From Bryobacterales bacterium (GTDB taxonomy: Bacteria; Acidobacteriota; Terriglobia; Bryobacterales; UBA6623): 64,000 bases of DNA. A program made the position numbers and the translations under genes. Numbering within the stretch: position 1 is the stretch's first letter; every line of letters starts with the position of its first letter. This document shows positions 30,389 to 38,699 of this stretch, piece by piece. Where the stretch lies: positions 2,560,001-2,624,000 of the forward strand of contig OY729428.2 in assembly GCA_963422375.2 (NCBI GenBank), written 5' to 3'. The notes beneath the pieces are model-generated. The model did not search any database. It saw nothing but the letters and a program-made list of their open reading frames with translations, and had not been told where the DNA came from.

Positions 30389-31908
30389 GCGGCGGCCCTC
30401 CCCCCGAGGAACGGCATGGCCATGTTCTTGGGCACAACGCTGACGAAGAACAAGTAGCGCCCGAGCAGCGCGCCAGCGGCCGCGAGGCCGAAGCCCGCCG
30501 CGGCGTAGCCGAGAGCGGGCAGCACCGCCCCTCCGGCGGCGAGCAGGCCCAGCCGGGCCAGCAGCAGCCGCGCGAGCGGGCCCGACAGCAGCCGCGCGGT
30601 GGCCTGTCTCTCGTGCTCGTCGGACCGCACCAGTCCGAGGAAGCGCCAGATCTCCGCGAGGACGTGGGCGACCGCGGCCGCGGAGGCGAGCAGGGCCGCC
30701 TCGTGGGGGCCGCCCAAGGCCGCGAGGAGGAGCGGTCCCAGCGTGCAGCCGGTCAGGAAGAAGTCGGCGATCGTGTGCGGGCTGTTCCAAGCCGGGCGCC
30801 CGGGCACAAGATAGATGCGCGAGGTCGCGTACATGGCGATCAGCCCGACCGCCGTGGCGCAGCCGCCGACAGCGGCCGCGCTCCCCGGGAGTAGCGCCAG
30901 CAGACCCGCGTACGCCCCGGCCAGCAGGCCGAAGGCCGATAGAGCGACGATCTCCCGGCTGAGCCAGGAGGTCCGGACGTTCCGGACGGCGAGCGCCGCG
31001 AAGGCCGGCCGCCCGAGGTGGAGCGGGGACGCGGCGAACGCGGCGACGCCGAGCGCCAAGGAGACGAACGCGGCGGCTTCGAGGACGGCCGACCCGCCGA
31101 ACAGGCTCAGAAGCCAGGTCGTTGCGAAGCCGGCGACCGACAGTTGCGTGAGCACGGTCATCAGCACGAGCGAGTAGTGGGGCTTCGCTGGCCGCAGCCG
31201 GTGAAAGTCAGCCTCGCCGGCATCGAGCGGCATCTGGTCGGGCAGCGTCACGCGGGTCGTCGAGATGGTGTCGTCGGCGCTGGGCAGCCCCGGGGCGTTC
31301 GCTTCGCCGCGGTACTTGGCCCGCCACTCCCCGGCGTCCACGATTTCGATCGCAAGCGCCTCCGCCGGGCACGCGCTCACGCAGGCAGGCGCGTTCCCCT
31401 CCTCGAGCCGGCCGTGGCACATGTCGCACTTGCCGACCACGCCGCGCTCCGCGTTGTACGTCGGCACGCTGTAGGGGCAGTTCCAGATGCAGTACTCGCA
31501 GCCGATGCAGGCATCGGCGTTGTGATGCACGATGCCGGTCCGCGGGTCCTTCGTGTACGCGTCGGTGGGGCAGCCAGTCATGCAGGAGGGATCCAGGCAG
31601 TGATTGCAGGCCATCGACAGATGCAGGCTGTGGGTCTGCGGGAAGACGCCGCCCTCGATCTCGCCGACGCGCCGCCAGCTCACGTCGGGCGGGTTGTTGT
31701 TCTGCTCGGCGCAGGCCACCTCGCAGCACTTGCATCCCACGCACTTGGACATGTCGAAGTGGAACCGGTACTGCTGGCCGTCCTCGAGCGGGATGTCGGG
31801 CACCAAGGGGGAACGCCGGTCGAGCCCGCGATCGGCGCGGGACGGAGAAGCGTTCAGGATGGTGAAAGGGTTCCCGACGGACTGGTCGGTGTTGGCCGTA
31901 GCCTGCAT
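30385..31908 (-). CDS. Fused DmsB-like 4x[4Fe-4S] ferredoxin and DmsC-like membrane anchor
   Basis: CVGCKCCEVAC, CNHCLDPSCMTGCP, CIGCEYCIWNCP, CDMC..ACVSACP, then about 8 TM helices with LHLGRP, SWLSREI, GRYLFF. Confidence 0.9.
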   Translation of the reverse strand: MQATANTDQSVGNPFTILNASPSRADRGLDRRSPLVPDIPLEDGQQYRFHFDMSKCVGCKCCEVACAEQNNNPPDVSWRRVGEIEGGVFPQTHSLHLSMACNHCLDPSCMTGCPTDAYTKDPRTGIVHHNADACIGCEYCIWNCPYSVPTYNAERGVVGKCDMCHGRLEEGNAPACVSACPAEALAIEIVDAGEWRAKYRGEANAPGLPSADDTISTTRVTLPDQMPLDAGEADFHRLRPAKPHYSLVLMTVLTQLSVAGFATTWLLSLFGGSAVLEAAAFVSLALGVAAFAASPLHLGRPAFAALAVRNVRTSWLSREIVALSAFGLLAGAYAGLLALLPGSAAAVGGCATAVGLIAMYATSRIYLVPGRPAWNSPHTIADFFLTGCTLGPLLLAALGGPHEAALLASAAAVAHVLAEIWRFLGLVRSDEHERQATARLLSGPLARLLLARLGLLAAGGAVLPALGYAAAGFGLAAAGALLGRYLFFVSVVPKNMAMPFLGGRAAA

Positions 31909-32380
31909 GGACGTGCTCGACTCCTCTCCGGATTGCGCGGTGCGCACGGCTGACTAGCCGCCGGCGCGCTCCCGCGTTGCGGAAGCGCGCCGGGCGTTGC
32001 GCACGCTCGTCGTGGTGGTGGATTCCCCGCCCGGCTCCGCAGTGAGCCGGGCGATCAGCTGATCGCAAATCTACGGGGACTTGGCCGCCGGGACCGCACG
32101 GTCTCCGGGGCTGGCGGGCGGGAGGCCGGTCGCGACCTCTCCGCCTGCTCTAACGCTAGCACGGCCCGAGAGGCCGTGCGAAGCAAGAATTTCTTATCGG
32201 AGCCATAACCCCGCTGGGACGTCCGAAAGGGCTCCTACACTGGAATCGTACCGAGCGCCAAGCTCCTCGCCGAGCAAGGCCCGCGCCCGTTCAGCCCAGC
32301 GTAGATGCTGAACCGGTCACTTGGCGCCACAAGCGCCCGTGCCGGACCCGGGCGATTTGCATCGCGAGGAGGCTATTTGG

Positions 32381-35300
32381 ATGGCGGGTATTCCGAAGAC
32401 CGCCGTTGTGATCGGCAACGGCCCGGTCGGGCACCGGTTCTGCGAGAAGCTAGTCGAGTTCGACACCCGCGGCGCGTACCGCATCGTCACCTTCTGCGAG
32501 GAGCCGCGGCCCGCGTACGATCGGGTGCGCCTGACCTCGTATTTCGCGCACAGGGATCCCGGCAAGCTCGCCGTCGGCCGGGAGGGCTGGTACCGGGAGC
32601 ACGGAATCGAGCTCCGCGTGGGCGACCGCGCCACGCAAATCGACCGCTCGCGCAGGGTGGTCGTGTCCGCGGCCGGGAGCGAGATTCCATATGACCGGGT
32701 CGTGCTGGCAACCGGCTCGCGACCGTTCGTGCCGCCGATCAACGGTGTCGACAAGGCCGGCGTCTTCGCCTACCGCACGATCGAGGACCTGGACGCGATC
32801 ATCGACTTCGCCCGCTCGGCGCGCACTTGCGCCGTGATCGGAGGGGGCCTGCTCGGACTGGAAGCCGCCAAAGCAGCGCACGACCTCGGACTCGAGACGC
32901 ACGTCGTGGAGTTCGCGCCGCGCCTTATGCCGCGGCAGCTCGACGACGAGGGGTCGCGCCTGCTCGTCGGCAAGATCGAGGACCTCGGAGTGCACGTGCA
33001 TCTGGCCAAGGCCACGCGGCAGATCCGAGGCAACGGCAGGGTCCGCGGCCTGTCCTTCGCGGACGGGGGCAGCCTAGAGGTCGACATGGTCATCGTCTCG
33101 GCCGGCATCCGCCCGCGGGACGAGCTAGCGCGTACTTGCGGCCTGGCCGTCGCGGAACGCGGCGGCGTGGCCGTCGACGACCGCCTGCAGACATCCGCTC
33201 CGGAGATCTACGCCATCGGTGAGGCAGCCTCGCACCGCGGCACGGTCTACGGTCTGATCGCTCCGGGCTGGAGGATGGCGGAGGTCGCGGCGGGGCGGCT
33301 GGCGGGGCGGGATCTCCGGTTCGAAGGAGCGGACCTGGCGGCGAAGCTCAAGCTGATGGGGGTGGATGTCGCCAGCTTCGGCAGCCACGAGACCCCGCGC
33401 GAGGACGTCGCGCCCTTCGTGGTCAAGGATCCATTCGCGGGGACGTACAAGAAGCTGCTGTTTAGCGGCGACGGCACGAGGCTGATCGGGGGCGTGCTGG
33501 TGGGCGACGCGTCCGAATACGCCAGCCTGGCCGCCCTGGCCAGCGCGGGCAAGCGGCTCGAATCCACTCCGGCGGAACTCGCCGGCGTCGGCGCGGCGGG
33601 CGGCCCCGCGACCCTCGGGGACAGCGCCCCGGTATGCAGCTGCAACGGCGTGTCGAAGGCGGCGCTGCTCGCGGCGATTCGCGACCGAGGGCTGACGACC
33701 GTGGGAGCGGTCAAGGAACGCACCGCGGCCGGCACGGGCTGCGGCGGCTGCCTGCCTCTGGTAACCAGCTTGCTGAACTCCGAGCTGGAGGCCTCGGGCC
33801 GGACGGTGAAGCGCTACGTGTGCGAGCACTTCCCGCACACCCGCCAGGACCTTTTCGAGATCGTCAAGATCAAGGGAATCCGGACCTTCGAGGAGCTGCT
33901 CCGGGATCACGGCCGCGGCCACGGCTGCGAAACCTGCAAGCCGGTCGCGACATCGATCTTCGCCTCGCTCTGGAACGAGAGCATCACCGACCCGAGCCAT
34001 CACACGCTGCAGGACACCAACGACCGATTCCTAGCCAACATGCAGCGGGGCGGACTGTACAGCGTGGTGCCCCGCGTCCCGGGCGGGGAGATCACGCCCG
34101 ACAAGCTGATCGCGCTCGGCTCGGTCGCCAAGAAATACGGCCTGTACACCAAGATCACGGGCGGCCAGCGAGTGGACCTCTTCGGGGCCCAGGTCCAGCA
34201 GCTGCCCAGCATCTGGGAGGAGCTGATCGGCGCCGGTTTCGAGAGCGGACACGCCTACGGCAAGGCCCTGCGCACGATCAAGAGCTGCGTCGGCACGACT
34301 TGGTGTCGGTACGGCGTGCAGGACTCCGTCGGCTTCGCCGTCCGGATCGAGGAGCGCTACCGGGGCATTCGCGCCCCGCACAAGGTCAAGGGGGCGGTGT
34401 CGGGTTGCGTGCGCGAGTGCGCCGAGGCGCGATCGAAGGACATCGGCCTGATCGCCACGGAGGCCGGCTACGACCTGTACGTCTGCGGCAACGGCGGCGC
34501 GAACCCAAGGCATGCGGAGCTGCTGGCTGACTCCCTGGACGAGGAAACGGCTGTCCGCTACATCGACCGGTTCTTCATGTACTACATCTCGACGGCCGAC
34601 AAGCTAACGCGCACGGCCCGGTGGGTGGAAGGGCTTGAAGGGGGCATCGAGCGGATCAGGGATGTCGTAGTTCGCGACAAGCTCGGCATTTGCGACGAGC
34701 TGGAGAGGCGCATGCAGTTCCTCGTCGACAGCTACCGCTGCGAGTGGATGGACGTGGTGAAGGACCCCGCGCGGAGGAGGCTCTTCCGCCAGTTCGTCAA
34801 TAGCGACGAGAACGAGGCCGGCATTGAGATCGTGCGCGAGCGCGGACAGAGCAGGCCCGCCGACTGGCCGAAGGACTCCGTGAGCCTGGACCGGATCAAG
34901 CTGCCGGACGGGCGGCCGATTCAGGTCGCGCCCCCCGGGAAGGCGCAGCGGAAGCCCCGCAAGCTGCAATGGGTCCGCGTGGGACGGGTCGCGGACTTCC
35001 CGCCCGACGGCGGGGCGGCCGTGAAGTACGGCGACACGCAGATCGCCGTGTTCAACCTGACCAGGCAAGGGACGTGGCGCGCGTGCCAGAACATGTGCCC
35101 GCACATGAACGCCTTCGTGCTGGCGCGAGGGATCACGGGCAGCACCGAGACTGCTGCGAAGGTCACCTGCCCGCTGCACAAGAAGCCGTTCTCGCTCGCG
35201 ACCGGCGAGTGCCTGTCGGGCGAGCCGTACGCCCTGAAGGTGTTCCCCGTACGAGTCGCGAGCGACGCAATCTACCTGCTGCTGCCTCCCGCCAGGCAGC

Positions 35301-35383
35301 TTGACGCCGTCCTCGGCACGAACCTGCACGCGGTCCAAGCGTGCGACGCCGCGGGGGCGCACGTGCGCGCATCCCTCGCGTGA
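32381..35383 (+). CDS. nirB: NAD(P)H nitrite reductase, NirB fused to C-terminal NirD Rieske domain
   Basis: PAYDRVRL, LATGS, VIGGGLLGLEAA, CSCN, GCGGC, KSCVGTTWCRYG, VSGCVRECAEA; C-terminal CPH..CPLH Rieske; GAGGAGG SD. Confidence 0.95.
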   Translation: MAGIPKTAVVIGNGPVGHRFCEKLVEFDTRGAYRIVTFCEEPRPAYDRVRLTSYFAHRDPGKLAVGREGWYREHGIELRVGDRATQIDRSRRVVVSAAGSEIPYDRVVLATGSRPFVPPINGVDKAGVFAYRTIEDLDAIIDFARSARTCAVIGGGLLGLEAAKAAHDLGLETHVVEFAPRLMPRQLDDEGSRLLVGKIEDLGVHVHLAKATRQIRGNGRVRGLSFADGGSLEVDMVIVSAGIRPRDELARTCGLAVAERGGVAVDDRLQTSAPEIYAIGEAASHRGTVYGLIAPGWRMAEVAAGRLAGRDLRFEGADLAAKLKLMGVDVASFGSHETPREDVAPFVVKDPFAGTYKKLLFSGDGTRLIGGVLVGDASEYASLAALASAGKRLESTPAELAGVGAAGGPATLGDSAPVCSCNGVSKAALLAAIRDRGLTTVGAVKERTAAGTGCGGCLPLVTSLLNSELEASGRTVKRYVCEHFPHTRQDLFEIVKIKGIRTFEELLRDHGRGHGCETCKPVATSIFASLWNESITDPSHHTLQDTNDRFLANMQRGGLYSVVPRVPGGEITPDKLIALGSVAKKYGLYTKITGGQRVDLFGAQVQQLPSIWEELIGAGFESGHAYGKALRTIKSCVGTTWCRYGVQDSVGFAVRIEERYRGIRAPHKVKGAVSGCVRECAEARSKDIGLIATEAGYDLYVCGNGGANPRHAELLADSLDEETAVRYIDRFFMYYISTADKLTRTARWVEGLEGGIERIRDVVVRDKLGICDELERRMQFLVDSYRCEWMDVVKDPARRRLFRQFVNSDENEAGIEIVRERGQSRPADWPKDSVSLDRIKLPDGRPIQVAPPGKAQRKPRKLQWVRVGRVADFPPDGGAAVKYGDTQIAVFNLTRQGTWRACQNMCPHMNAFVLARGITGSTETAAKVTCPLHKKPFSLATGECLSGEPYALKVFPVRVASDAIYLLLPPARQLDAVLGTNLHAVQACDAAGAHVRASLA

Positions 35384-35442
35384 GAGTGGCGGATGCACTG
35401 GGAGACGATGGCTGGAAGGGAGCGGGAGTAGAGGTGAGAGGA

Positions 35443-36222
35443 ATGGACGGAGCCGCAGTGATCGATCCAACCGACATGAGAACGGAAGCCGACCGGCAAT
35501 TCGACGCATGGTCGGACCCCGACCGAGGCGACCATCTCGACTTCCTGCATCGGATCAGCGGGCGTCTCGCCGTGGCCGATCCGCTGCACGAGGTGCTTGA
35601 TCAGATCGTCGACTTCCTGAACGTCGTGGTCGGCGCCGACTCGTGCTTCATCTACGTGCTCGAGGGCAAGGCACTTGTCCTGCGAGCGTCAAAGAACCCC
35701 CATCCCGAGTCAGTCGACAACCTCCGCATTCCCGTGGGCGAAGGCATCACGGGGTGGGTAGCGCAGCACCGCGAGACCGTGGCGATTTCCCGCGGAGCAA
35801 CGCGCGATGCCCGCTTCCGGAGCTTCAGCCAGCTTCCGGAGGATCGATTCGAAGCGTTCCTGTCCGTGCCGATTCTGGCCGGAGGGCGCCTGATCGGAGT
35901 GCTGAACCTGCAGCACCGCGGCAGCCACGCCCACTCGCAGCAGGAGGTCAAGCTCGTGTCCACGATCGGTCATCTGGTCGGGGCGGAGGTCGAGAGGGCC
36001 AGGCTGGAGTCCGAGGTCACGAAGCTGACGGTCCAGCTGGAAACACGCAAGGTCACCGAACGAGCCAAGGGGATCCTGCAACGCGACCTAGGCTTGACCG
36101 AGGAGCAGGCCTACCTCAAGCTGCAGCAGGAAAGCCGCCGGCGCCGAATCCCGATGAAGCAGGTGGCCGAGGCCGTAGTTCTCTCGGACGACCTGCGGCG
36201 GGCCGGCGACGCGAAGCCTTGA
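35443..36222 (+). CDS. GAF-ANTAR RNA-binding regulator
   Basis: GAF domain (GEGITGWVA, FLSVPI..LIGVLN) and ANTAR domain (LETRKVTERAKGIL..EEQAYLKLQQESRRRRIPMKQVAEAV). Start may be 35476. Confidence 0.9.
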   Translation: MDGAAVIDPTDMRTEADRQFDAWSDPDRGDHLDFLHRISGRLAVADPLHEVLDQIVDFLNVVVGADSCFIYVLEGKALVLRASKNPHPESVDNLRIPVGEGITGWVAQHRETVAISRGATRDARFRSFSQLPEDRFEAFLSVPILAGGRLIGVLNLQHRGSHAHSQQEVKLVSTIGHLVGAEVERARLESEVTKLTVQLETRKVTERAKGILQRDLGLTEEQAYLKLQQESRRRRIPMKQVAEAVVLSDDLRRAGDAKP

Positions 36223-36549
36223 TCGCGACCGGCGGGGAGCGCAGGCCCGGCCCGCGGGGCCGCTCCGAGCCCACGGTTGGCGACGGACCCTCGCGTCGCG
36301 GGCGGGCTTGGCCCTCGGTACCGCAAGCGGCGACCAATCCCGGGCGAAGCCGGTTCATTTCCCGCGACGGGTTCGTGTCGAGCGCGTCTTGGCCTCGGAG
36401 GGCCTGCTCCAAACTCGAGGTCGTTGGAGCCCCCCGAGGCTTGCGATCACGGCTCTCGGCGTAGCAACGGACGGAGCGCCGACGGCACTTCGCAAACGGC
36501 TCGAGCGGGCTCGATCCTAGCCAGCCGAGCACCAGTTTCGGCCGCTGGT

Positions 36550-37015
36550 CGACGCGCCCCTCGCGGACTTCGCACTGCTCGCTGCGGCGATGCACACGGC
36601 ATGGATGCTCGCGGTGACCGGGGGGACGAAAAGCGATTGCATGTATTCCGTCGGCGTCGTCTACAACACTTTCCCTACGCCGCCCGCCCTAGCGAGCGGG
36701 CAGGCTGGCCCCTCGCCTCTGGCACCGCTCCCACGGGCCGGCCTCGATGCACGGGGCGCCCACCCCAGCGCGACGCTAGCGAGTCTCTTTGACCCCGACC
36801 TGACACCGCCGAAGCTCCGACGTGCTCGCCGAACGCTCGATCGCGCCGTGGACCGTCTTCTCCGCAAAGCCCAATTCACATCGAACCGCGAATGCGTGGA
36901 GTACCTGTTCGCTCTCCGAGAGCGCAGGCAAGCGCCGGTCACAGCGGAGACCAAGGACAGGGCCAAGCGACGACTGCGGGCAAGAATACCGCGTCGAGGC
37001 CACTCGAGCGGCTGA
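36550..37015 (+). pseudogene. C-terminal remnant of an MmeI-like (type IIL) restriction-modification enzyme
   Basis: MHTAWM..KSD.MYSVGVVYNTFP..LDAR.AHPSATLASLFDPD..LDRAVDRL; no N-terminal nuclease or methylase part is present. Confidence 0.78.
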
Positions 37016-37445
37016 AATCCCAGCCGCAGGCAGGGATTCCGCCCAGCCCCGCTCGCCAAACTGGCAACGCCGCCCCTCGGCGACGGGTCATGGTGCGGCT
37101 CGGGCCCCGCGCGTTCGGCCGAAGCCCGCGCCATATTGAGAGCCCACGCGAGCCGCTCTCAACGCGGAGCATCGCTGGGTTGCGGATCGCAGCCGCGTCC
37201 TCCGCCGGGCCGCCTGCACGTCCAACCGACATCGAGCCGGCCCGAACCCAACTTGCCTTCCCCCGCACGCCAGTTCATCACCTTCCTGTCCCCCGTGCTG
37301 TATGGTATGTACGGATGGCCGGGCAGTCGCGGCGTATCCGCCGGCATGGACGATGCCGCATGACATGCAGGCTGCACGACGGGCGATCCTGCAACATCGC
37401 GTCCGTGCCGCCTAGGCAGTGGATCGGGATGAACAGCGACATGAA

Positions 37446-38699
37446 ATGAAAGTGGACAGACGCTTCGCATTGAAGGGGATCGGGGGCGCGCTCACCCTGC
37501 CCCTCCTGGAATCCGCCGTGCCAGCCGCCCAGCCGCCACCTACGCGGTTCCTGGTCGTGGGCAACCCCTTGGGAATGCATCCGGAGCACTTTTTCCCGGC
37601 GGGTTACGGGAAGGGTGTCACGCTACCCGCAACCCTTCGATCTCTCGACTGGCTTCGGGATCGACTCACGATTCTGTCGCACACGGACCACGGCATGAAC
37701 AACGGCCACGGCCGTGAAATCTCGTTCCTGAACGGCATCCTGCCGGAGACCAGCTCGGCCTTCCCCGAAAAGAACGTCTCGGTCGACCAGTTGATGGCCC
37801 GTCGTACGTACGGCAGCGTGCGGTTTCCATCGGTTCATGCGGCTCTGGGAAACGGGATTCGGATGAGCTGGAATGCCAACGGCGTCGATCTCAAGCCGTT
37901 CACCGACCCGCACAGGCTCTTCGATCACCTATTCCTCAATCTGACCGCCGAGCAGAAGACGGCCCGAAGGGAGTTGATCGCACGCAACGGCAGCATACTT
38001 GACGCAGTGGGAGATCAGCTTGCAAGCTTGCAGCGGCGAGCCGGCAGACGGGATCTGGAGCGTCTGGATCAGTACGCAACCTCCGTCCGTGAGATGGAAG
38101 GGAGCCTCTCGGCCCGCAGCGAGTGGATCGACCGCAATAAGCCGAAATTCGACATTTCGCGGCACTTCGCCGGCTCCGAGACTACCATCGGAAACCAATA
38201 CAACGCGATCTTCGACATGGTCGGGTATGCCTTCGAAACCGACCTGACGCGCGTCGCCACCGTGGCTTTCCCGAACGAGCTGAGCTACACCGACATCGAC
38301 GGAGTGACGCGCGGCTACCACGCTTGCACGCACAACGGCAAGAAAGAGGACGTGATCGCCGAACTGGTAGCGATCGAGTCGTTCCAAGTCGCCCAGCTGT
38401 CTCGTTGCCTGCGCAAGCTCGACGCCGTTCGGGAGCGGAACTCGGACGGCACGCTGCTGGATCACACGATCGTACTGTTTGGCAGCGGCATGGGATACGG
38501 CGGGACGCATTCCAACCGGAACTTGCCGATCCTAGTCGCTGGCGGAGGCTTCCGGCATTTGGGCCACGTCGATGCGAGTGGACGGGACGGCATCAGTATG
38601 CCGCTATGCAACCTCTACGTCACGCTGCTGCAGCGCTTCGGCGTGGAGATGGACAGGTTCAACGTCAGCACCGGATCATTCGAGTTTCGTCATGGGTAG
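37446..38699 (+). CDS. DUF1552-family protein
   Basis: DRRFALKGIGGALTLPLLES, SVDQL, AFETDLTRVAT, LLDHTIVLFGSGMG..HSNRNLPILVAGGGF. Confidence 0.88.
   Translation: MKVDRRFALKGIGGALTLPLLESAVPAAQPPPTRFLVVGNPLGMHPEHFFPAGYGKGVTLPATLRSLDWLRDRLTILSHTDHGMNNGHGREISFLNGILPETSSAFPEKNVSVDQLMARRTYGSVRFPSVHAALGNGIRMSWNANGVDLKPFTDPHRLFDHLFLNLTAEQKTARRELIARNGSILDAVGDQLASLQRRAGRRDLERLDQYATSVREMEGSLSARSEWIDRNKPKFDISRHFAGSETTIGNQYNAIFDMVGYAFETDLTRVATVAFPNELSYTDIDGVTRGYHACTHNGKKEDVIAELVAIESFQVAQLSRCLRKLDAVRERNSDGTLLDHTIVLFGSGMGYGGTHSNRNLPILVAGGGFRHLGHVDASGRDGISMPLCNLYVTLLQRFGVEMDRFNVSTGSFEFRHG

Noticed and set aside
32200..32380. Canonical ANTAR dual hairpin or sigma54 promoter before nirB
   Set aside because: Small hairpins exist but lack paired A1/G4 hexaloops; no TGGCAC-N5-TTGC match seen.
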